A DNA stretch of 44,965 bases, taken from positions 1 through 44,965 of IMG/VR virus record IMGVR_UViG_3300032136_000008; one strand, written 5' to 3'. Positions 33,103 to 42,629 of this stretch are shown here, piece after piece. Each line of letters begins with the position of its first letter. The stretch's first letter is position 1. Both the position numbers and the translations under genes were made by a program. The stretch comes from a virus. Lineage: Duplodnaviria > Caudoviricetes. The notes beneath the pieces are model-generated. The model saw nothing but the letters and a program-made list of their open reading frames with translations, made no database searches and was not told the DNA's origin.

Positions 33103-34128
33103 TTAAAATCCACCCGTTGCACTAGTACCATCAATTGATATTCCAGCGGCTTGGAGCATATCAGCTATTTTAGAATCCGTCGTTGCGCGCTGAAGAACTT
33201 TTTGTTGGGCCTCTGCAGACATCTGCGACCAAGCAGATTTGAATTGAGCAATGGATTCTGGAGTATAGCCAGTGGTTGCCGCTCCTGGAGTTGCCCCTTC
33301 CGGCGCCGCTTCCTGTCGCTGATACCTTGCTTTCAACTGCGCATCATATTCCTTTTGCGCGTCCGTAATCGCAGCATTGACATCAAACGGACCAATAGAA
33401 GCCCCATCACCATATGGGTTTTTCAGCACATCGCCATGCGCTTTCCTCGCCATTTCCACGCGAGCATTAACCCACTCATCCCGGCTCTGCGTCCGGCTTC
33501 GATATTCAACCTCTGTCATCGCATCTTCTTCTGACATCCAGGGAGATTGCGTCCGAATCGCGGCGGCATAACGCCTATTCGCAGCCTCTTGGCGCAAGGC
33601 AACATTATCTGCCCCAGGACCTCCACTGCCTCCAGCCTTTGCTTGGCGAAGCCTTTCACGCTGAAACTTCAATTCTTCCTGTTGCCATTTCTGCTGCGCC
33701 TGGAACTTTTCCTTCTCCCATTGCAATCTTTGCGCTTCCATATCTCGGCCACGAGTAGCATTATCGAGACTGCTTTGTTCCCGTTCCTCCGCCCTTCTTT
33801 TTGCCTCTTTATCCTCTCGCCCTTTACTCATCCGGCCTTTCATAGCTGCAGCTTCGGCCATGGCGCCGCTAATTCTACTCGCCGGATTACCTTGACTTGA
33901 AGCCAGACTAGTCCCGAATTGCAGAAGCATCGCGGCATTTTCCGGGTCACTCGCCATTTCCTGTAACGCAGAAAGCCAGCCTTGTTTCCGCTGTTGAAAT
34001 CCCGAATCTTGCTGGTTTGCCGAAGGAATCGGGGCCTGCGGTTGAGGCACATTCGGAGCCGGAGCGGAATTAGATTGCGAGGGATTATACCCCGCAACCC
34101 CGGACATAATGGAATTTAGATCGGCCAT
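33103..34128 (-). CDS. Putative internal virion (ejection) protein
   Basis: Gln/Ala-rich coiled-coil protein within the ejection-protein cluster. Confidence 0.6.
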   Translation of the reverse strand: MADLNSIMSGVAGYNPSQSNSAPAPNVPQPQAPIPSANQQDSGFQQRKQGWLSALQEMASDPENAAMLLQFGTSLASSQGNPASRISGAMAEAAAMKGRMSKGREDKEAKRRAEEREQSSLDNATRGRDMEAQRLQWEKEKFQAQQKWQQEELKFQRERLRQAKAGGSGGPGADNVALRQEAANRRYAAAIRTQSPWMSEEDAMTEVEYRSRTQSRDEWVNARVEMARKAHGDVLKNPYGDGASIGPFDVNAAITDAQKEYDAQLKARYQRQEAAPEGATPGAATTGYTPESIAQFKSAWSQMSAEAQQKVLQRATTDSKIADMLQAAGISIDGTSATGGF

Positions 34129-34131
34129 GAT

Positions 34132-34692
34132 TTATCTCCCAAGAAGTTGCCCCAAAGTTGGAGGCATAAGTTGCATACCAACTGGAACAGGCTGTGGGGG
34201 TTTCAAACCTGGAGCAAGTTGCGCTTGGCCAGTTACTGGGGGATTAAAATACGTCGACGCCTGCGGCGTAGGAGTCTTGGCGTTAGAGGAAGTGTTAAGA
34301 TATTGCAGAGCATCGCCTAAGGCCCCAGGGTTCATTCCCGCCGCTTGTGGGCCAGGATTTAGATAACTCCCCGTAGAACCAAAAAGCACATCCTCTTGCG
34401 GCATGTTCACAACATTGGCCGGAGGTGTTGCCGTAACATTAGGCATTGGAGTTGATGGTTGAAGCAAAGCTCCGAGCGAAGGAGTCATCCCTCCCCCAGT
34501 CATAGGTCCAGGAGCATTATTAACTTCCCCTGGAACCATGGGCGCGTTTGCCTCAAGCATTGCAGAATTAACTGATTGCTTAAAAGTTCCCGGAGCCGGA
34601 GGGGGAATATTCATTCCAGCGAGTTGAGTAGCCGCTTGGTCCATCATTTGCGGATTCATCAAAGCCTGACGAAGAAGCGCAGGATCAAACAT
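34132..34692 (-). CDS. Pro/Gln/Met-rich low-complexity protein, putative internal virion protein
   Basis: AAGGAG RBS; position in the ejection cluster. Confidence 0.55.
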   Translation of the reverse strand: MFDPALLRQALMNPQMMDQAATQLAGMNIPPPAPGTFKQSVNSAMLEANAPMVPGEVNNAPGPMTGGGMTPSLGALLQPSTPMPNVTATPPANVVNMPQEDVLFGSTGSYLNPGPQAAGMNPGALGDALQYLNTSSNAKTPTPQASTYFNPPVTGQAQLAPGLKPPQPVPVGMQLMPPTLGQLLGR

Positions 34693-34703
34693 TTAAAGTC
34701 TCC

Positions 34704-35681
34704 TTAACTGAAGAGAGAAAGCAAGGCAAGGCCACCCGCAGCCCATGGCGCAGCAGCTGCCATAGGCCCACCAAGCGCCATCATCCCGCCATATGTTGAA
34801 AGCCCTGTTCCAGCGGCGCCAAGTAGATTTCCGGCCATGCTAGAAGAATTAACACCTGTTGAACTTGCTGTTCCGGTGCCGCCATATTGACCCTGGACTA
34901 AATTCTGATAAGCCGCGAGTTTATTATACGGAAGCTGTTGTTCGTATTCATATCTCCGAGCTTCATCGTCAAGAAGGGCTTGTTCATAAGATCGAATCTG
35001 CCCCCCGACGGCGCCCATAGTTTGCGCTGGCGTTGTTGCAAGTTGGGCGGTACCTGGAGCAAGCGCCAAACCTTTCTGCATGGCCTCAAGATTCCTGCCA
35101 TACATATCCGAATACATCTGGGAAGTTGTATTCAAAGCATTTTGTGATGCTCGATCAATCGCCATAGTTTCGCCAATGCGTTGACCGGCACCCCCAAATT
35201 GTCCAGAAGCAATTGCCCCACTTCTAACGGCCGGAAGAGCTTGTTCAGTTAATGCCTCCATAACCGGGCTAATAGCTCCACGAGCATAATCGGCCATATA
35301 AGGATTTGAATCTGCCCGTAAAACATCAGAAGTCAAGAATCTATTTGCAGCCGTGGCATCTTGGGCCAGGGGCTGCTGTTGATTCATCGCAGCGCTAGTA
35401 GCATACGCTTGAGCATATCGTTCTTCTGGAGTGAATTGGGCGATAGTTTGCCCAGGATAAAGATTCGGCCCAGGAGTTTCATTAAGAGCTTTGGCTTGTT
35501 CAAAGATATCTATAAGATACGGTTCTTGTTCTTTCCAAGGGTCTGCTTTTTGAACCGTATTAGTAGTAGTACCTCCCCCGCCTCCTTCCAAAAGATGAAG
35601 AACCTTCCCGGTATATTGAAAAGATTCTTCCTCTAAAACATTTCCGTCCCAATCAAGAACGAGCTTAGTGTATATTTTCAT
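34704..35681 (-). CDS. DNA ejection/pilot protein
   Basis: GGGGGTTTNTVQKADPW motif, Q/A-rich helices and a Gly-rich hydrophobic C-terminus. Confidence 0.7.
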   Translation of the reverse strand: MKIYTKLVLDWDGNVLEEESFQYTGKVLHLLEGGGGGTTTNTVQKADPWKEQEPYLIDIFEQAKALNETPGPNLYPGQTIAQFTPEERYAQAYATSAAMNQQQPLAQDATAANRFLTSDVLRADSNPYMADYARGAISPVMEALTEQALPAVRSGAIASGQFGGAGQRIGETMAIDRASQNALNTTSQMYSDMYGRNLEAMQKGLALAPGTAQLATTPAQTMGAVGGQIRSYEQALLDDEARRYEYEQQLPYNKLAAYQNLVQGQYGGTGTASSTGVNSSSMAGNLLGAAGTGLSTYGGMMALGGPMAAAAPWAAGGLALLSLFS

Positions 35682-36120
35682 TTAAAATCTCCCACTCATA
35701 CAGAGCCCATTGACGAGACGGCCGCGTTACTCGCGCCCAACCAGCACGACCTTGAGTCTGAATAGCCTCACAATTATATTTTCGTGCAAACTGCCATAAA
35801 GTCTTGTGCATTTTAAGACCGGTTTTAAAATCCTTACTCAGAAGACCTTTTTTTGCGCCCCCTGCAAAAATATTCAAAACTTTCCGACGTGGATAAGTTA
35901 GTATCTCAGTGATAATAAATGCTAAAACTGTGGTTTGTTTTAGTAAAACCCAGCATTGCATATCTTTGGCTTGCAAGAATTTAAGAATATCTTCAGGAAG
36001 ATAATTTTTTATCCCACCAGTTTTATTTAGCGCAGGGATAAGTAGGTCTTCTACCTGATCCCAAACAAGATCAAGTTGAGAGCTTGGAACGGGGTATAAA
36101 ATTTCTTCAGCCGCCCCCAT
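35665..36120 (-). CDS. GNAT-like virion assembly protein (position of T7 gp13/P22 gp14)
   Basis: EILTYPRRKVL..FAGG and C.AI...GRAGWARV. Precedes the ejection proteins. Confidence 0.65.
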   Translation of the reverse strand: MGAAEEILYPVPSSQLDLVWDQVEDLLIPALNKTGGIKNYLPEDILKFLQAKDMQCWVLLKQTTVLAFIITEILTYPRRKVLNIFAGGAKKGLLSKDFKTGLKMHKTLWQFARKYNCEAIQTQGRAGWARVTRPSRQWALYEWEILNENIH

Positions 36121-36736
36121 AGCTATCCTCCCGATTTGTCATTTCCCTTGCTACGTTATCCGTTATGATTTGCTGAGCAGCCAAGGCCGCCATTTCATCG
36201 AATCGAGGTTTAATATCCAAGGCTCGAAATGCGGTACAGGCACTTTGCCCGGCAAGGCCGATAAGAAGGTCGGGATAATAAGTACTCCAAAGATTACCAG
36301 AATCGCCCGTGGCTAGGGTTGAATCCTTACTGGCATAATGCATGGATACAGTATATTCTGCATCCGGTTTTGGATAGCACCAAAGATAGCTGCCAAGAAT
36401 GGCATAATATTCAGGAAGCCCGCTTTCTTCATCTTCGTATTTGCTGCGAAGGGTAGCGAGGTCTTCTTTTTTTAATGCTATATATTCCCCCGTAGTTGTC
36501 ACCACAAAATAATGACTCTCCTCCGTCTCCCTCAAAAACCCTGTTGGAAGCTCTACTCGAGGTTCATCAATTGTCGTAGTTGTGGTTTCTTCGAGGAAAA
36601 GAAACCATGGAAGTTCCGGGCTTCGTTCAGCCTTAATTTGTGCAAGCTTAAGTTCGGTTAGCAGCGTTGAGTCCATAACCGTGCCGATATCGCCCAGCAA
36701 AGATTGCAAACTTTCAATCATTTCATCAGTAGTCAT
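36107..36736 (-). CDS. Head-tail adaptor protein
   Basis: LPTGFL, GLPEYYAI...LWCYPKPDAEYTVSMHY and N.W...YPDLL adaptor-type pattern. Confidence 0.75.
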   Translation of the reverse strand: MTTDEMIESLQSLLGDIGTVMDSTLLTELKLAQIKAERSPELPWFLFLEETTTTTIDEPRVELPTGFLRETEESHYFVVTTTGEYIALKKEDLATLRSKYEDEESGLPEYYAILGSYLWCYPKPDAEYTVSMHYASKDSTLATGDSGNLWSTYYPDLLIGLAGQSACTAFRALDIKPRFDEMAALAAQQIITDNVAREMTNREDSYGGG

Positions 36737-38316
36737 TATCGCCTCCCCACTGGAGCAAAATCAACTTCAAAACCTTCAAGGGTCCAACTCACATCGGCAT
36801 TAGAGTAAAACTCAATCGCATGAAGCCGACCTGTGGTTCGAAAATTAAGTTTATAATCTGTTCCGGGTGTGAAAGTTTGATACGAACCCCAGGAATAAGA
36901 TCCATCTAAAATGTTTAAAGTTCCCAAACGAACTTGAAAGGCATCACCAGAGGCTTTAGGATAAACCGTAGTAACCATATGCCAGTCCGCTTTATCGCCA
37001 AGATCAACTCCCGTACGCCGAGCATAGCATTCAAGATTAGAGCCATTAGCTTGATTTCCTGAATCCATTTCCCAAAGTTTTTCATCTCCGCCAAGGATAA
37101 GGGAGTCAAATATCGGAGCGGTTTCTAACGGTTCCCCCCAACGGGTCCACTGAGGAACCGCGGGCGTCGTGCCCCAATCTCCCCAAGTAGCATACGGTAA
37201 GGTAGCCCAGGTATAACTTGAACTCCGATCGACTACCGCAAACACTGCGCAACGAGAGTCAGGGATATCTCTTTGGCTCCAGGTGTTATCTTCAACATTA
37301 AAAACCAAAGCTTTATTACAATCTAAATTTCCCGCTTCTGGGTAACAAAGCCAAACTTCCTGAGTTTTATGATAAAAGGCACAAAAAACCTTATCATAAG
37401 TTGTTCTATTTACATTATCAAAAAAGGTTTCCTTAACTCGTTCGTCAGCAATTGAAATGAAATTCGTGCCATCGTAGAGGTATATATCCCCATCACTTAC
37501 GAGGAAATGCTTACCCCCAACATCGCAAACACAATTACGAGAATAAATCCCCTTAGAAGTAGTAACGTTGCGAAAGTTAAAAACTTGACGATCTTGCCGG
37601 CCAGTGAAAGTTACAGAATATATCGCATCGGTGAGATAGATTTGCAATGAGTCCTTGAGTTGCAAGGCATCCAGAATATAGCCTGAAGTTTCCGTAAGTT
37701 CCGTATCGCGGGCATCAAAGTCTGCATTATTAATATCCCAAGTAATCGGCACTGTCCCAGGTTCCGCTGGATGACTCCACCACACTCGGCGTCGATTCCG
37801 ACCCATGCATGGCTCAGTAATATCCATGGCAAACAAATGATACTTAAAGGATCGAATCAACCTTGCTGTCATTGGAATATCTTTCCAATAGCAAGTATTA
37901 GATTCATCCGTGGAATCATAGGGAAGATCCTGGGCTAATCCAGCTCCACCCCAATATTGGGGATTATCATATCCATTATTTAAAACCGCTACGCCGCCAA
38001 GAATAGTTGAATCCCAGCGCCCAGCGGAAGTATACCCATATCCACTAATATCTGTTTCCGTTCCGGCGGAAAAGCTATGGATTTGCGTATCATCAGCATA
38101 GACAAAATAAGTCTGAAGCCCAGAGCGAACAGCTGTTAAAGTTTGTGGGGCGCCGGTGATCGAAGCTAACTCCGTATGCCCAGAGAAAGCCTTAATAGAC
38201 TTATCCACACAACGCATGTTTTTTAATTCAGACCAAGCTTCCGGCGGAAGAGTATGATCCTCCCGATCCTTAACTAATCCGATTGACCCAGCTTTAGAAA
38301 CAGCAAGTGAGGGCAT
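36736..38316 (-). CDS. Tail nozzle/stabilisation protein (beta-propeller, P22 gp10/T7 gp12-like position)
   Basis: 526 aa, beta-rich. VWWSHP, EVWLCYP and ALVFN...NTWS. Adjacent to the adaptor. Confidence 0.75.
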   Translation of the reverse strand: MPSLAVSKAGSIGLVKDREDHTLPPEAWSELKNMRCVDKSIKAFSGHTELASITGAPQTLTAVRSGLQTYFVYADDTQIHSFSAGTETDISGYGYTSAGRWDSTILGGVAVLNNGYDNPQYWGGAGLAQDLPYDSTDESNTCYWKDIPMTARLIRSFKYHLFAMDITEPCMGRNRRRVWWSHPAEPGTVPITWDINNADFDARDTELTETSGYILDALQLKDSLQIYLTDAIYSVTFTGRQDRQVFNFRNVTTSKGIYSRNCVCDVGGKHFLVSDGDIYLYDGTNFISIADERVKETFFDNVNRTTYDKVFCAFYHKTQEVWLCYPEAGNLDCNKALVFNVEDNTWSQRDIPDSRCAVFAVVDRSSSYTWATLPYATWGDWGTTPAVPQWTRWGEPLETAPIFDSLILGGDEKLWEMDSGNQANGSNLECYARRTGVDLGDKADWHMVTTVYPKASGDAFQVRLGTLNILDGSYSWGSYQTFTPGTDYKLNFRTTGRLHAIEFYSNADVSWTLEGFEVDFAPVGRR

Positions 38317-39173
38317 TAGCTAACACTCGATTGAATTACAAGAGAGACAAGAAGTTTAGCCGCGGTAGTTGAGTTTCCGTTTGTAGCAAGCTTAAGATAA
38401 TCGCCGGCAGTTACAGAAGCATTACTAATTGAAGTATCCGAATCAATGTCTCCTGCCGCAGAACCGGAAAAAGCAACCGTAATACTTGCCATAACCGAAT
38501 CATCAGATTGGGTTAGAATAACCGTAGCATCGGCCACGGTAATAGCTCCTTGTAAACAAGTATCCACTCGAACCACGGTTCCTGTTACAGGGACAGGGAT
38601 ATAAACTGTCTCTGCGGTGGAAATATCAGCAATTTCATGTGTGAGAATGGTGTTTGTGAAAGAGCTAGAATCTACCAATTCCGCGGTACCTGACCCAGTA
38701 TACCGGATCATCTTATCTGCAGCCGAAGTTAACCCGGCAATGGCCGCGAGATCGGCATCATAAGCTTGAACATCAGTTCCCAGAACAATGCCCAGATTCG
38801 TCCGCGCCGCCGAGGCTGTGCTCGCCCCGGTCCCGCCATCTGCTACGGCTAGATCTGTTATTCCGGTAATCGTTCCTCCATTAATAACCGCAGTTGTTAT
38901 GGTTCCCAAATTCGTCCACGTGAGAGTTCCTGCATCAACATTACTCAAAGCATCCGCAGTTAAAGCCTTAGAAGCCTCACCCGTTCCAAGAGTCGTGATA
39001 TCCAAATAGTTCAACTCCGCAGCCGTGGCGGTTACTTGAGCATCCAGATTAATCGTACTTTGAAGAACTGTTTTAATCAGAGCAATCTGATCTCCACCTT
39101 CGGCAGGATCGGTAGTAGAGCTTGTATTAGCCGGAACCAAGTCATCAATATATGTAGCGGATTCAACAGTCAT
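38316..39173 (-). CDS. Tail fibre/needle-like structural protein
   Basis: VESATYIDDL.P.N N-terminus; TAAELNYLD and LAVADGGTGASTASAARTNLG fibre repeats. Confidence 0.7.
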   Translation of the reverse strand: MTVESATYIDDLVPANTSSTTDPAEGGDQIALIKTVLQSTINLDAQVTATAAELNYLDITTLGTGEASKALTADALSNVDAGTLTWTNLGTITTAVINGGTITGITDLAVADGGTGASTASAARTNLGIVLGTDVQAYDADLAAIAGLTSAADKMIRYTGSGTAELVDSSSFTNTILTHEIADISTAETVYIPVPVTGTVVRVDTCLQGAITVADATVILTQSDDSVMASITVAFSGSAAGDIDSDTSISNASVTAGDYLKLATNGNSTTAAKLLVSLVIQSSVS

Positions 39174-39184
39174 TTAATTAACCC

Positions 39185-40480
39185 TTAGGTAAAGAAAGAG
39201 ACGGCGCCGCGGTTGAGAGTGCCAAATTGATAAGGAATAGTAGTCATGGCAACAATACCACTTACACCTTCATACACCACATCCATTCCACTATACCCAC
39301 CGCCTTCTGCCGTTTCTAAATGAGGAACGTAATTACAATACTCATAGTCCCAAGTTTCAAAATTCATTCCATAGATAAACGTAGCCCCTTTCGGCGCCCG
39401 AGGACTTCCATGGGTAAATTGACCAGAATAAATAAAGAGACTATATCCATCCTCACTAAAAGCTACATCACCGCCAAAATAGGAAGTATTTGAGTCAAAC
39501 CACTCGCCGTCAATATCTTCTGCAGCAAAATCAATTCGCTCAATAGTTTGTTGCTTGGTGAAAACGCCACCAGAATCTTCCCAAACAGTTACTTCCCCGG
39601 TTGCCCCTACGCCGTGACTGGCATCGCCAATAGCGAGCTTAGTTCCATCATTTGTAAGCGCTAGGGCAAAACCAAATCCGGTATCAGCATTTACCTCTTC
39701 AATCGTATTTCTATACGTATACGAACTGCCATTCCAATCATAGATATAAACACGCTGAGTATTTTGACTATAATCTGTTCCAGGCGCGCCTACAGCAAGA
39801 ACCGAACCGTCTTCGGAAATTTCCACTGAATGTCCAAATTGTCCTCGACTTACCGCGCCGGCTTCTTGAATAGTTTGCTGTTTGGTAAAGCCAACAATAC
39901 CTAATTCAGGATCTTCTGTCCAGGTATAGATATGAACCGTTCCAGTATTTATTCCATTTTGATCCGAATATGGCGCCCCTACGGCAAGTCTAAAGGCAGT
40001 AGAACTATGAGAAAGAGAATAACCATATCCTTCATATTGATCTTCATTCGGAACTGTTAATTCAACAAGTTCTATCCAACCGCCACCAGGATCAGTTATG
40101 TCCGGACTAAGAACTGTGATTCGACGATTAGATCCTCCAGAACCTACAATAACATATGTTCCATTTCGAGCAAGAGAAACACTGCCATTATAGTCTGAAT
40201 CTCGTGGAGACACCATAGTTCTTTCGAATTCCCAAGTAGACTTTATACAAGCCGTTGCGGGGTAAGACGGAACTACATCTCGAAAATACACATAGGAACC
40301 ATCAACTATTGGCCACGAACCACTGAGGTAAGGCCATTGGCGCTCAAGCATTGCCAACCGGTTTTCCAAATCCTGGGGCCAATAATCATCAAGGCGATTA
40401 AAATGCCGCTCAAGATAAGCCCGAAGAGTCGGGTCATCAATTTCCGGAATAGGTTCAGCAGTAAATCGCGGTTTAGTCAT
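39185..40480 (-). CDS. FG-GAP repeat beta-propeller virion protein
   Basis: YGYSLS..LAVGAPY, FGHSVEISEDGSVLAVGAPG, FGFALALTNDGTKLAIG and FGGDVAFSEDG repeats. Confidence 0.8.
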   Translation of the reverse strand: MTKPRFTAEPIPEIDDPTLRAYLERHFNRLDDYWPQDLENRLAMLERQWPYLSGSWPIVDGSYVYFRDVVPSYPATACIKSTWEFERTMVSPRDSDYNGSVSLARNGTYVIVGSGGSNRRITVLSPDITDPGGGWIELVELTVPNEDQYEGYGYSLSHSSTAFRLAVGAPYSDQNGINTGTVHIYTWTEDPELGIVGFTKQQTIQEAGAVSRGQFGHSVEISEDGSVLAVGAPGTDYSQNTQRVYIYDWNGSSYTYRNTIEEVNADTGFGFALALTNDGTKLAIGDASHGVGATGEVTVWEDSGGVFTKQQTIERIDFAAEDIDGEWFDSNTSYFGGDVAFSEDGYSLFIYSGQFTHGSPRAPKGATFIYGMNFETWDYEYCNYVPHLETAEGGGYSGMDVVYEGVSGIVAMTTIPYQFGTLNRGAVSFFT

Positions 40481-40869
40481 CAGAGGGACCCAAGACCTAC
40501 CACAACACCATTAGCTGGCCAAAGCACAGCCTTTCCAGAAACTATGCTAACCGGGGCGCCTGTGTTGCCAAAAGCATAATAATTTCCCCCCGTAGGTGCG
40601 TCATGCAAGGAAAAGGATAAAATCTCATCCCAATCCGCCGTAGCTATTGGAGAATAAATATCTGCCGGATTCCAGCGTTGGATATCACTAACTCGTTCGA
40701 AAGTTATGGAACTGCGAGAATAATTATCTCCGGTGAGTTCTGTTCCCTGAGCTGCCGCCGTCGACGCCGTGGTGTTACAGGCAATATAAAATTGCGTAGG
40801 AATTGTCGGCGTTTCGCCTTCAAAAATTCCAAGCAACTCGTTTCGGAACCAGTTAGAAAAGGTGGCCAA
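40480..40869 (-). CDS. Small tail/structural beta protein
   Basis: FSNWFRNELL...GTELTGDNYSR..ITF...LHDAPTGGN pattern. TTG start at 40869 with GGGAG RBS preferred over 40956. Confidence 0.65.
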   Translation of the reverse strand: MATFSNWFRNELLGIFEGETPTIPTQFYIACNTTASTAAAQGTELTGDNYSRSSITFERVSDIQRWNPADIYSPIATADWDEILSFSLHDAPTGGNYYAFGNTGAPVSIVSGKAVLWPANGVVVGLGSL

Positions 40870-40952
40870 AACAATCTCCCATTGAACTAGACTAGACCCC
40901 GGCTCCTTTGTTGGCCGAAGTTCTCCAGTATAATTACACCACGCAACGCAAC

Positions 40953-41411
40953 TCATACAACAGCCACGGTAAAGATTGTTCCAGGAGAACCCGAGGCAAC
41001 ATTATTAAATTTAATAATAACATCACCTGCGGTGATATCTATGGTTCCAAGTTCAAAGAAACCAATGGCTTGATCGCTGGCGGCCGTTTCATTATACAAA
41101 ATTCCCCAAGCTGTGGTTGAAGCTTGCCCGGAAGCATTAGAGGAAATAGTAAAACTATCCCCGGCCAAAGTAGCGGTACCTGAAGCTTCAGTATAGGTTA
41201 CATCAGTTAGAGTAACCGGCCCCGTATAACCACCGCCTGTACTGATTTCATTTGCAGAATAATCTGACCAGGTCGGCGTAGCATCTGCTGCGGTTGGCGG
41301 AGTTGTGTTATCTATAATTCCGAATTTCAAAACATCAGAGGACAGATTATGAACCTCGGTGCCCAAGTCCGTCGTGAATTCTTCAAAAATAGTAAAGTCC
41401 CCTGTAGCCAT
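40953..41411 (-). CDS. Small tail/structural beta protein
   Basis: AGGAG RBS; HNLSSDVLKFG and ANEISTGGGYT structural-protein pattern. Confidence 0.65.
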   Translation of the reverse strand: MATGDFTIFEEFTTDLGTEVHNLSSDVLKFGIIDNTTPPTAADATPTWSDYSANEISTGGGYTGPVTLTDVTYTEASGTATLAGDSFTISSNASGQASTTAWGILYNETAASDQAIGFFELGTIDITAGDVIIKFNNVASGSPGTIFTVAVV

Positions 41412-41420
41412 TTTTCTCTC

Positions 41421-41930
41421 CTAAACTGATTCCCAGGTATTAGAAACCCCAGATACTGGAGTCCATGAATTTGTTGCCGGAAAAACCGGAGTCCAAGTAG
41501 AGGCACCGTCGCCAGCAATAGTGCTTGGAAAAGCAGTTATGCGAATTATACCTGGAGTTACGGATTTTGAATATTCAACAGCAAGAGTAGCCGCAACGGG
41601 AGACAGGGCAATAGCTGCAGGAGAAATTGAAATTTCATTATCAGCACTAATTGTCGCCGGAAAACCGATACAAGTAATACTCCCCGGAACACAAGCAATT
41701 TCTACAGCCCCTTGTTGAACAACTGTTGCATTCGTTGGAGTAAGAACTAACGCCCCAACGGAACAAGCAATTTCCCATTGCTGCGCAATCCCGGCGTTTA
41801 TTCCCGAAACCGCTATCGTCCCAACGGTGCAGGATATAGTGGTATCCCCACCAGTCGACGGCGCCGTAAACGGAGCGCCACCCGGCCCGACTGTGCCAAG
41901 GGCGCGAGCGTATGGGCTGACGATGCTCAT
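41421..41930 (-). CDS. Thr/Ala/Gly-rich structural protein with short beta repeats
   Basis: Repeated I.C..G.I...G..A.I units and terminal WTPV repeats. Confidence 0.6.
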   Translation of the reverse strand: MSIVSPYARALGTVGPGGAPFTAPSTGGDTTISCTVGTIAVSGINAGIAQQWEIACSVGALVLTPTNATVVQQGAVEIACVPGSITCIGFPATISADNEISISPAAIALSPVAATLAVEYSKSVTPGIIRITAFPSTIAGDGASTWTPVFPATNSWTPVSGVSNTWESV

Positions 41931-41940
41931 GGGCTGATCT

Positions 41941-42174
41941 TCACTCGCTCAGCAGGGCGTCCACGGCAGCGGCCAGTGCCTCGATCTGCTGCGCTTGCTC
42001 TGCGACAACTCCGCGCAGAGATGGGACACTGTTCGCAGCAGCGGCTGCAGCCTGATTCGCTTGTGCCCGTGCAGGCATCGCTGCCACTGTCGTTTTCTGC
42101 GCCTGCGCCGCTGCTCGTGCGGCCCGTCGTGCTGCAAGTTTCTGCGCTAGTTCTGTGCTATTCATGCGGGCCAC
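41941..42174 (-). CDS. Ala-rich coiled-coil protein (77 aa)
   Basis: In tandem with fibre genes; the start may be the internal ATG (MNSTEL). Confidence 0.55.
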   Translation of the reverse strand: MARMNSTELAQKLAARRAARAAAQAQKTTVAAMPARAQANQAAAAAANSVPSLRGVVAEQAQQIEALAAAVDALLSE

Positions 42175-42629
42175 CTCGTCGGATCGGTTACGTCGATTGC
42201 TTCGACCTCCTCCACCGTTGTACAGGCGTCGATCTCTGCGAGCAGTGCCGCGTGCGATGCCTCGATTGCTTCGGCTGCGTCCAAGCTGGACTTGAGCGCG
42301 ACCAATGCCGAGTCGTCATCCTCGCTCGCTGTGCCCAGTGCCACGCGTAGGGTCAGGTCAACAGCAGCAGCCGTGCTCCTGACATGCGACCGCCAGCGGT
42401 CAGTCGTCTCGCCGGATACCGCGTCGACCCGGCGATTGCGTTCGGCCGATGCCCGGTCCTTTGCCTGTTCCTGCATCGCTGGCAGTTCTGCTGCGGCGAT
42501 TTCTACATCAGTGGGGCGGGGTTGGTCGCTGTACCATTCGAACCGATAAACCCCAGGCGCAGACGAGTCCGCCCAAAAATCACGACCCGAGGTAAACCCA
42601 AGAAATTCTAATATTGCTGGCGTGTTCAT
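42162..42629 (-). CDS. Tail-fibre assembly chaperone-like protein
   Basis: Follows the fibre gene. W....PRPT N-domain and C-terminal IDACTTVEEVEAID....WP. Confidence 0.65.
   Translation of the reverse strand: MNTPAILEFLGFTSGRDFWADSSAPGVYRFEWYSDQPRPTDVEIAAAELPAMQEQAKDRASAERNRRVDAVSGETTDRWRSHVRSTAAAVDLTLRVALGTASEDDDSALVALKSSLDAAEAIEASHAALLAEIDACTTVEEVEAIDVTDPTRWPA

Noticed and set aside
40870-40952. Possible internal promoter (TATACT) and leader hairpin on the - strand
   Set aside because: No -35 at acceptable spacing and the hairpin is weak; not supportable.
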